A program made the position numbers and the translations under genes. Under the pieces are notes generated by a model. That model did not search any database, was not told the origin of the DNA, and saw nothing but the letters and a program-made list of their open reading frames with translations. Positions 57,283 through 64,000 of a stretch of 64,000 nucleotides of DNA are shown one piece after another; positions within the stretch are counted from its first letter, which is position 1; the number at the start of each line of letters is the position of its first letter. Origin of the DNA: Planctomycetaceae bacterium (GTDB lineage Bacteria > Planctomycetota > Planctomycetia > Pirellulales > Pirellulaceae); the NCBI GenBank assembly GCA_018660825.1, contig JABJJO010000155.1, forward strand, positions 6,830-70,829. The letters run 5' to 3'.

Positions 57283-58794
57283 ATGAAGCAACTTGTAACT
57301 ATTTACCTGTTGATGTCGCTGGCAACGACCATCCACGCACGCCAACCCAATGTAATTTTTATTCTGGCGGATGATCTAGGCTACTCGGAACTCGGTTGCT
57401 ACGGCAACGAATTTAATGAAACGCCGACATTGGACAGACTTAGCCAACAGGGCATGCGGTTCACCAACGCGTATGCCGCGGCTCCGGTCTGTTCACCTTA
57501 TCGCGCCGCACTCATGACCGGCTTACACCCAGCTCGCGTCGGCATCTTGGACTACCTGCGTCCAAACTCCGCCTTTGCCCTATCGACTAGCTACCATACG
57601 TTACCCGAGGCCTTCCAGACTAATGGCTATACCACCGGGTTCATCGGCAAGTGGCATTTGACCGGATATAAATATCACGACTCCCCTTATGAAATACGAC
57701 CAACGGACCATGGTTTTGATACAGAAGTCGCCGGCGAGGTTAAGGGTGTCGGAAATGGTGCCAATTTCTGGCCGTATTTTTTTCGTGATCAGCCCATTCG
57801 TTGGCTCGATATTAAAGAAAACAAACTCGGCGACGACGAGTATCTTGTCGACCGCATGAATCACGAAGCCATTCAGTTTATCGAAGAGAATCAGAGCAAA
57901 CCGTTTTTCCTATATCTCAGTCATTATGCAACTCACTCCATTCTCAACGGTCGACCGGATAAGGTTGGGAAATATATTAATAAACACCCACCTGGTAAAA
58001 GCCTCCGCAGCAACTGTTATCTTTGCAAAGACAGCGGTCATGAAGGTGACCCGCTGCACCACTGGGCTCCGAATCACAACCCCCACTTGGCCGCAATGCT
58101 GGAAAGCATCGATGATGGTGTTCAGCTCATTACAGAAAAGCTGGAAGAACTCGACCTAGCCGATGATACTATTATTATTTTCACCAGTGATAACGGTGGC
58201 GAAACTCAGGTGACCACCAATACTCCGCTGCGAGGTGGCAAGAGCCAGTTGTATGAAGGCGGAATTCGAATACCGATGATTGTACGCTGGCCGGGCACCA
58301 TTCCCGCCGGTACCGTTTTAGACAATTACACTATGAACACCGATTTCTTTCCCACGCTGGTAAAAGCCTGTAACCTGAAAATCAGCACAAATCATCAGAC
58401 CGACGGGGCCAACATGCTGCCCCACTGGAAAAATCCCTCTGCAACCGGATCCGCGCGTGATCTTCACTGGCATTACCCCCTCGATTCTCCGCATTTTTTA
58501 GGTGGCGTTTCCTCTGGTGCGATCCGTTCCGGCAACTGGAAGCTGATTGAATTCTTTGAAACGGGAAAGTTTGAACTATTCAATCTGCAACAGGATTTGG
58601 GGGAGTCGAAGGATGTCGCAGAAAATTACCCACTCGTAGTCCAGTCGCTGTCCAGCCGATTACAGCAATGGAGACACCAAGTCGGCGCCCGTACGGCTTC
58701 GGGGCTAAAAATGTCGCGCAGCGGCAGTGCTATTCTGGAGGATGCCTTTTCAGAGGGACTCGTCAGTGATCGTTGGTTTTTTCAAAAATACTAG
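57283..58794 (+). CDS. Arylsulfatase (S1 family); the C-terminal tail runs into a DUF1080-like domain cut by an in-frame TAG
   Basis: 'ILADDLGYSELG', 'AAPVCSPYRAALMTG', 'GKWHLTG', 'TSDNGGE' and 'YEGGIRIPMIV'. The tail 'ILEDAFSEGLVSDRWFFQKY' looks like the first strands of a DUF1080 domain. Confidence 0.85.
   Translation: MKQLVTIYLLMSLATTIHARQPNVIFILADDLGYSELGCYGNEFNETPTLDRLSQQGMRFTNAYAAAPVCSPYRAALMTGLHPARVGILDYLRPNSAFALSTSYHTLPEAFQTNGYTTGFIGKWHLTGYKYHDSPYEIRPTDHGFDTEVAGEVKGVGNGANFWPYFFRDQPIRWLDIKENKLGDDEYLVDRMNHEAIQFIEENQSKPFFLYLSHYATHSILNGRPDKVGKYINKHPPGKSLRSNCYLCKDSGHEGDPLHHWAPNHNPHLAAMLESIDDGVQLITEKLEELDLADDTIIIFTSDNGGETQVTTNTPLRGGKSQLYEGGIRIPMIVRWPGTIPAGTVLDNYTMNTDFFPTLVKACNLKISTNHQTDGANMLPHWKNPSATGSARDLHWHYPLDSPHFLGGVSSGAIRSGNWKLIEFFETGKFELFNLQQDLGESKDVAENYPLVVQSLSSRLQQWRHQVGARTASGLKMSRSGSAILEDAFSEGLVSDRWFFQKY
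58792..58794 (+). other. In-frame TAG separating the sulfatase ORF from the DUF1080-like ORF (same reading frame)
   Basis: Both 57283 and 58816 fall in frame 1. The codons read ...AAA TAC TAG GCC GTC GAA AAC GGT GAA CTG GTG... Confidence 0.9.
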
Positions 58795-58815
58795 GCCGTC
58801 GAAAACGGTGAACTG

Positions 58816-59913
58816 GTGCGCACGGAATTTGAAAAGCCGAATGCTCGCATCTTTATCAAGAAGCCTGAATACAAGGACGTGGTGGTTAAATTTGACTTCC
58901 AATTTCGCGGCGCCGGAGATATTCGTTTCCTGACCGGGACGCCGGGAAAATATAACGTCGTGGTTCACATCCACAGAAATCGCTTCTTTATCCAAACCGC
59001 GGCAGACCAGAGCGTCCCATTTTTCCCAGCAATTCATGGTATGTGCAAAGCCAATTTCAAAGAAAATCAGTGGTACACTATGACCGTTGAAATTGTAGGT
59101 GATGAAGTGATTGCTCATGTCGATCGGGATTTATTTGTCATCGGACAACATCCCATTATTGACCGTGATCGGAACTACTTCGCATTCCAGGTCGACAAGA
59201 CTGGTGTCGCTCTCGATAACGTTCAACTGCTGCAAGCGCAGCGACAAAAGCAATGGGAATATCAACGGTCCGGTTACGTTGCCCGTCAGGAGCGACGAAC
59301 CCCCGTCAGAATTGAAGCAAAAGAACGGTATGAGATGCTCAAAATGAACGTTCATGACAAATTATATCGAACCGACGAAAAATATCGCTCCCTAGTACAC
59401 GCCCTTGACTCGCAAAAATTAAAACAACACGAACTGTATCCGGAAGTGTTTAGCACAATCAAGCAGGTGCTCAAGCCAATCGATGCCTACCGCCGAGAGT
59501 TGCAGGAAAACGATCAAGGATACAAAGACATTCAGCAACAGATCAATAAAGCCAAACAGGCTTTGAAGGACTATGTCCTCTCAAAGAATCCGCAACTCAC
59601 CGAACTGAAAACCAGTGCTTATGAGGCGGAGTTTGAAAAAACCAGGCTGAAGGTCGCCGCGGACGCCGAGTACCAAAGGCTTGAACGACACCTAGGGGAA
59701 CTGGAAAGACAGCTGGAAGAAGAATATCCCAAACTCTATATCACCAACTCCCAGATTCTGGCCGAGCAGAAAAAAGCTCGTCTAGAACTGAAAACCGATC
59801 CGCAATTTATGGCACTGATAAAGGTGACCGGCGATTTAGCCAGATCTGAACTTGATTACCGGCATGCGACAAATCCAGAGCTAAAAGAACTTTGGAAGAA
59901 ACTGTTTCAGTAA
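58816..59913 (+). CDS. DUF1080/LamG-like (3-keto-disaccharide-hydrolase fold) domain + long coiled-coil; possibly the 3' part of a disrupted or read-through sulfatase fusion
   Basis: 'YKDVVVKFDFQFRGAGDIRF', 'ENQWYTMTVEIVGDEVIAHVD' and 'YFAFQVDKTGVALDNVQLL'. The C-terminal ~200 aa are heptad-rich. The only start is GTG 58816, and the frame is open from 58795. Confidence 0.55.
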   Translation: MRTEFEKPNARIFIKKPEYKDVVVKFDFQFRGAGDIRFLTGTPGKYNVVVHIHRNRFFIQTAADQSVPFFPAIHGMCKANFKENQWYTMTVEIVGDEVIAHVDRDLFVIGQHPIIDRDRNYFAFQVDKTGVALDNVQLLQAQRQKQWEYQRSGYVARQERRTPVRIEAKERYEMLKMNVHDKLYRTDEKYRSLVHALDSQKLKQHELYPEVFSTIKQVLKPIDAYRRELQENDQGYKDIQQQINKAKQALKDYVLSKNPQLTELKTSAYEAEFEKTRLKVAADAEYQRLERHLGELERQLEEEYPKLYITNSQILAEQKKARLELKTDPQFMALIKVTGDLARSELDYRHATNPELKELWKKLFQ

Positions 59914-60042
59914 CCGCGCATCACGCGTTTGAAGACAAGAAAGAACAACCCCATTTGTGAACCGAGCATCTCTACGCCAGCCCGTTTTTCGATTAAAATG
60001 AACACCATTACTATTTTTCAGGCATCCAACCCCTCCCCCGAA

Positions 60043-61542
60043 ATGCATCTTATGAAATATCTCTCCCTTTTTGCCATCCTCCTTGTTTACACAAGTATCG
60101 CCACGGCGGCCAACAACAAGTCACTCAAAGGCAGTCGTCCAAATATCATCTTGGTGATGACCGACGATCAGGGACTCGGGGACCTCTCCTGTATGGGCAA
60201 TCAAGTGCTCCGCACCCCCAACCTAGACAAATTCCACGCGATCGCTACTCGTTTCACCGATTTTCACGTCAGCCCAACCTGTGCCCCGACACGCAGCGCT
60301 ATCATGAGCGGACGCCATGAATTTCGCAACGGAGTGACTCATACGATTTTGGAACGGGACCGCATGGCTCTCTCCACAACCACCTTACCTCAACTGCTGC
60401 ATGCGGCCGGATACGAAACAGGCATTTTCGGCAAGTGGCATCTCGGTGACGAAGAACCATATCAGCCCACAAGCAGGGGTTTTAGCGAAGTCCTGACCCA
60501 TGGTGCCGGCGGAATCGGTCAGAACTTCCCGGGCAGTCAGGCTGATTTTGCGCCCAACGCCAATAAGGATACTCGTTATTTCGATACGGTCGTTCGTCAT
60601 AACAACACGATCGTCCAGACCAAAGGTTTTTGCACAGATGTCTTCTTTGAAACGGCACTTGGCTGGATCAAACAAAAGCGTGATGCCGGGCAACCACACT
60701 TTGCCTATATCAGCACCAATGCCCCGCATGGCCCGATGATTGCCCCCAGCGAATACAAAAAACGATTTGCGGATTTAGGCTGGGACGCCAATAAGACTCA
60801 AGGGCGATACGGCATGATTGAGAACATCGATGACAACTTCGGTCAACTCATGAGTAAACTGGATGAATGGAATGCTTGGGACGATACACTGGTTATTTTC
60901 ATGACGGATAATGGTCAAGCTGGTTCCAGCGGAACACTGAACGGCAAGAAAACCCGTTGGCACACCGCGGGCTTTAAAACAGGTAAAGGCTCTCCTTACG
61001 AGGGCGGCACCCATGTCCCAGCTTTTTGGCGTTGGAAGGGTGTCCTCGCTGAAGGCACCGACATCGCCGCACTGACAGCCCATATAGATTTATTTGATAC
61101 CCTGTGTGAACTCGCCGGAGCCAAGATCCCGAATGACATACAGGTGCGTGATGGCCGCAGCATGGTGCCCCTGCTAGAGAACCCCAAAGCAAAATGGCAG
61201 GACCGTCATCTGTTCATTCATCAGGGTCGCTGGCCCACCGGACAGGATCCAAACGAATCCAAGTATAAAAACTGCGCCGTCAGAACTACCCGCTGGCGGT
61301 TCGTCAACAATTCACTGCTATATGATATATCCGCGGATCCCTATGAAGCGACCAATGTCGCCGATCAGCATCCGCAAATCATTGCCAAATTGCGCAAGGA
61401 ATATGACCAGTGGTGGGAAGCAACCGTGCCATTGATGGTTAATGAAGATGTTGAGTTTCTCGACTATAAACCGCTACACCGGATGTACGACGAACAGCTT
61501 AAAAAGGGTGGCATACCCCAATGGACTCCGCTCAAGTTTTAA
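60043..61542 (+). CDS. Arylsulfatase (S1 family)
   Basis: 'VMTDDQGLGDLS', 'VSPTCAPTRSAIMSGR', 'GKWHLG', 'MTDNGQ' and 'YEGGTHVPAFW'. The signal peptide starts at 'M(HL)MKYLSLFAILLVY' (ATG 60043 or 60052). Confidence 0.9.
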   Translation: MHLMKYLSLFAILLVYTSIATAANNKSLKGSRPNIILVMTDDQGLGDLSCMGNQVLRTPNLDKFHAIATRFTDFHVSPTCAPTRSAIMSGRHEFRNGVTHTILERDRMALSTTTLPQLLHAAGYETGIFGKWHLGDEEPYQPTSRGFSEVLTHGAGGIGQNFPGSQADFAPNANKDTRYFDTVVRHNNTIVQTKGFCTDVFFETALGWIKQKRDAGQPHFAYISTNAPHGPMIAPSEYKKRFADLGWDANKTQGRYGMIENIDDNFGQLMSKLDEWNAWDDTLVIFMTDNGQAGSSGTLNGKKTRWHTAGFKTGKGSPYEGGTHVPAFWRWKGVLAEGTDIAALTAHIDLFDTLCELAGAKIPNDIQVRDGRSMVPLLENPKAKWQDRHLFIHQGRWPTGQDPNESKYKNCAVRTTRWRFVNNSLLYDISADPYEATNVADQHPQIIAKLRKEYDQWWEATVPLMVNEDVEFLDYKPLHRMYDEQLKKGGIPQWTPLKF

Positions 61543-61574
61543 CGGCGCCTCGACAAAGACACGAAAGTACTGCC

Positions 61575-63185
61575 ATGCGTTTTCTTAAGGCAATTCCAAT
61601 TCTGGCGTTTAGTTTGTTGCTGTTGCAGTCAATCCGCGCGGAATCCACGCCCCCGAACATTGTCATTTTCCTCGCCGATGATATGGGTGCCGGAGACACC
61701 AGTGCCTATCAAGACTGGGCCGGTAATTCCGATCAGCAACAGTTACATACACCAGCCATGGAAGAATTGGCCCGTCGGGGAATTCGGTTCACGTCAGCTC
61801 ACGCGCCCCACAGTCGCTGTACTACCACACGCTATGCCCTCTTAACCGGTCGATATTGCTGGCGGACACCGGTTAAGCACTGGGTGCTGTTCGGTAATCA
61901 TGGAGACCCTTTGATCGCACGCCAACGCATTACCCTCCCCGAATTTCTGCAGGACGCGGGATATGTCACCGGAATGGTTGGGAAATGGCATTTAGGACTG
62001 ACATATCGTCGCGCCGACGGCAGCTTGGCCCAAGGGTTTAATGATGCGGATCTTCGCCAACCACTGGCGGATGCTCCCATCGACCATGGATTTGATTTTT
62101 TCTATGGAATCTCACGCAGCCACGGAACGTCAGGTCCCGGCGGTCTGAAACGACTCAACACTCCGCAGCAGTCCACAGGACCGGGATGGATCAAGGGGCG
62201 TCAGGTGGTTGGCGCAACCGCTGTAGGGAAAGAACTGATAGCCGGATCCTATAACTACTGGGAAGTCGGTAACGTGGTTGATCGGGAAGCCCATGCGTTC
62301 CTCGGTCGGGCAGTCGCTGAAGCCAAACCATTCTTTCTCTATTTTGCTTCCCCGGCAAACCACGGTCCCTATACTCCTTCAAAAACTATCAGCGGAATTC
62401 CAGTCGCGGGAGCCAGTCGGTATAAAAATGGCACGCCCGCGGAAAACAACCGTCAGGACTTTGTTTATCAAAACGATGTACATGTCTCCAGACTACTACG
62501 TTACCTGAAAACGACCTCGGACCCTCGCCGACCGAAACACTCGCTGATTGACAATACGCTTTTTGTTTTCACCAGCGACAATGGTGCAGAAAAAGACAAC
62601 AAGCAATTCACCGGTCCCCTTCGAAGTAATAAGGGCTCCACCTACGAAGGCGGACATCGCGTGCCGTTCATTGCTAGTTGGCCTGCTGGCGGGGTGGGTG
62701 ATGGGGACGATACCACACTAGGCAAAACTCAATCGACACTGCTTGGCTTAAACGATCTTTATGCCACTGTGGCCGAGGTGCTGGAAAAAAACCTCCCACC
62801 GGTAACCGGCGTCGGACGGGGAGCCGAAGACAGCATCAGTCAGCTATCCGCCTTAAAAGGGGACGCGACGTTCCGTCGATCCGTCCCGCTGTTTCCCAAT
62901 GACCACCAGGAGGCAAGCAAAAAACTCTCCGATGAACGAGCCTGGGTCGCGGTCCGTAGTAACACCACGCCCCTGGTCGGTCAGTGGAAACTATTTCTGG
63001 ATCATCGTTATGCATTCAAACAGGAGATTCATCCGCAGGAACTCTACAATCTGGCTATGGATCCGCTGGAACAGGAAAACTTACTGCAGGATCCACAGGC
63101 AAAGCCGGCGCTGGATTATCTGATCGCACAGGCCATTCGCGCCGCTGGCGATGACGGTTTTACCCGCACCGTCAAATCCGATTAA
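61575..63185 (+). CDS. Sulfatase-family protein with a non-canonical C-T-T-T-R active-site motif
   Basis: 'FLADDMGAGD', 'HSRCTTTRYALLTGRY', 'VGKWHLG', 'FTSDNGAE' and 'YEGGHRVPFIA'. The signal peptide starts at ATG 61575. Confidence 0.8.
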   Translation: MRFLKAIPILAFSLLLLQSIRAESTPPNIVIFLADDMGAGDTSAYQDWAGNSDQQQLHTPAMEELARRGIRFTSAHAPHSRCTTTRYALLTGRYCWRTPVKHWVLFGNHGDPLIARQRITLPEFLQDAGYVTGMVGKWHLGLTYRRADGSLAQGFNDADLRQPLADAPIDHGFDFFYGISRSHGTSGPGGLKRLNTPQQSTGPGWIKGRQVVGATAVGKELIAGSYNYWEVGNVVDREAHAFLGRAVAEAKPFFLYFASPANHGPYTPSKTISGIPVAGASRYKNGTPAENNRQDFVYQNDVHVSRLLRYLKTTSDPRRPKHSLIDNTLFVFTSDNGAEKDNKQFTGPLRSNKGSTYEGGHRVPFIASWPAGGVGDGDDTTLGKTQSTLLGLNDLYATVAEVLEKNLPPVTGVGRGAEDSISQLSALKGDATFRRSVPLFPNDHQEASKKLSDERAWVAVRSNTTPLVGQWKLFLDHRYAFKQEIHPQELYNLAMDPLEQENLLQDPQAKPALDYLIAQAIRAAGDDGFTRTVKSD

Positions 63186-63396
63186 GTTTTTATGTCGTTC
63201 ATTCGGAGTACCGATGGATCGCCAACAACGCTATCCAATGTGGTTATCGTTTTTCAATTATCCAAGGGGCATCGAAACTATCGTCCATTCGTCGGGTTTA
63301 ATATCTAGTGCGTATGTAATTGCCTGTTCCACAAGACTGCGACACAATAGAATATAGAAGTAACACATGAGTACGCTAGCTTCCTTGGAGATTACA

Positions 63397-64000
63397 ATGA
63401 AACGACTGCTTGTCTGCCTATCGCTGCTGTTGATGATGACAACGGTTCCCGTCTCGGCTGAGGAAAATCCAACAAAACGCATTGCCTGGCACGGCAATCT
63501 GGAGAAGGGACTTGCATTAGCGAAGCAAACTAATCGCCCAGTTTTTCTCGTTTCCGGTTCGCCCTCATGTCTAGGTGTCCCCGGACTTTGGTGACCTGGT
63601 TTTGCTGGGTCCACCAGTCGCTTTCTGGTTCAGGAAGCTGTTGTTGATGCTTCACGTGATTGGATTTGCATACGGCTTTTGACGTACGAAAGCAAAAGCG
63701 AGTATCAATACATGGAAAACCTGATGGGAGTACGGGATGGCACGTTGGAGAACACAGTTTTTTGCCTGCTTGCACCCGATGGCAAAACACGGTTGACACG
63801 TCCCACACGGGGGCCTTCCGCATTTCGCACACCGGAAAACTTGGCGCTGCAGATGAACAAGATGCTCCAGCAGTACAAGGCTACCGTCCCGGATAGTTTT
63901 GTATCCCCCATTCCTTACGTGGATCGCGTAGATCTTGCATTGAATGTGGCCGCCAGTGATAATCGCCCGTTAATCGTGGCATTTGGATCTGATGAAACGG
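63397..64000 (+). CDS. Secreted thioredoxin-fold-like protein interrupted by an in-frame TGA (selenocysteine candidate or pseudogene); 3' end beyond the window
   Basis: GGAG SD. Signal peptide 'MKRLLVCLSLLLMMTTVPVSA', then 'IAWHGNLEKGLALAKQTNRPVFLVSGSPSCLGVPGLW', and a TGA at 63592-63594. The same frame stays open for the remaining 135 codons ('...RFLVQEAVVDASRDWICIRLL...FCLLAPDGKT...'). Confidence 0.4.
63592..63594 (+). other. In-frame TGA within the thioredoxin-like reading frame
   Basis: Codons ...CTT TGG TGA CCT GGT TTT..., read directly from the sequence. Confidence 0.9.
63620..63638 (+). promoter_or_regulatory. 8-bp hairpin with a GUU triloop 33 nt downstream of the in-frame TGA (SECIS-like geometry, unproven)
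   Basis: GCTTTCTG (63620-63627) pairs with CAGGAAGC (63631-63638), including one G-U pair. The loop is GTT. Confidence 0.25.

Noticed and set aside
58792-58794. TAG as a pyrrolysine codon
   Set aside because: Pyl decoding is restricted to lineages carrying pylTSBCD, mainly methanogens and a few Firmicutes/Deltaproteobacteria. Nothing in the window suggests such genes. Pseudogene, sequencing error or read-through are simpler explanations.
59929-60042. Long N-terminal extensions in the ORF track (also 5626-5685, 7839-7913, 9346-9372, 14360-14377, 18398-18502, 23994-24020, 24980-25027, 29678-29701, 42150-42212, 54635-54718, 56632-56661, 61521-61574, 63367-63396)
   Set aside because: In each case an internal ATG immediately precedes an obvious signal peptide or domain start, often with an SD upstream. 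The extension is hydrophilic, overlaps the neighbouring gene or uses TTG/GTG. The starts remain predictions.
63584-63619. Imperfect hairpin that embeds the UGA itself (GACU-UU-GGUG-ACCU ... GGGU-C-CACC-AGUC, loop GGUUUUGC) as the SECIS candidate
   Set aside because: Its loop starts only ~5 nt after the UGA, much closer than the spacing reported for bacterial SECIS elements. The cleaner hairpin at 63620-63638 fits better, so only that one is reported.

Overview
This 64-kb chromosomal segment has the gene content of a Planctomycetota (Planctomycetia-type) genome. That assignment is an inference from gene families only. It contains DUF1588/DUF1552 and PSD1(DUF1549/DUF1553)/DUF1501 gene sets, five S1-type sulfatases, a PVC-type heme-binding giant dehydrogenase, dockerin-like repeats and an ECF sigma factor coupled to a Ser/Thr kinase. 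I call about 48 protein-coding genes, densely packed on both strands. Most encode secreted or periplasmic hydrolases (sulfatases, SGNH/SASA/alpha-beta esterases, PhoD-like phosphatase, M81 peptidase), consistent with sulfated or acetylated polysaccharide scavenging. I recognised no rRNA, tRNA, CRISPR array, transposase or prophage genes. Six loci deserve a second look. (1) A thioredoxin-fold-like ORF at the 3' edge is interrupted by one in-frame TGA at the position where a redox Cys is expected, with a hairpin 33 nt downstream, so it is either a selenocysteine candidate or a pseudogene. (2) A sulfatase ORF and a DUF1080/LamG-like ORF share one frame, separated by a single TAG that cuts through the DUF1080-like domain. 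(3) A beta-carbonic anhydrase is translationally coupled to a PTS-EIIA::SLC4 (Band-3-type) anion transporter fusion. (4) An ECF sigma factor sits in an operon with a soluble Ser/Thr kinase carrying a cyclic-nucleotide-binding domain. Next to it lie two divergently transcribed paralogous small secreted low-complexity proteins that share a motif after the signal peptide and a related leader hairpin. (5) A MacB-type efflux operon has two paralogous adaptors and an 857-aa lipoprotein outer-membrane factor, but no ATPase gene. (6) A sulfatase paralog has C-T-T-T-R in place of the C-x-P-x-R formylglycine motif. All family assignments come from motif recognition by eye, and no database search was run.
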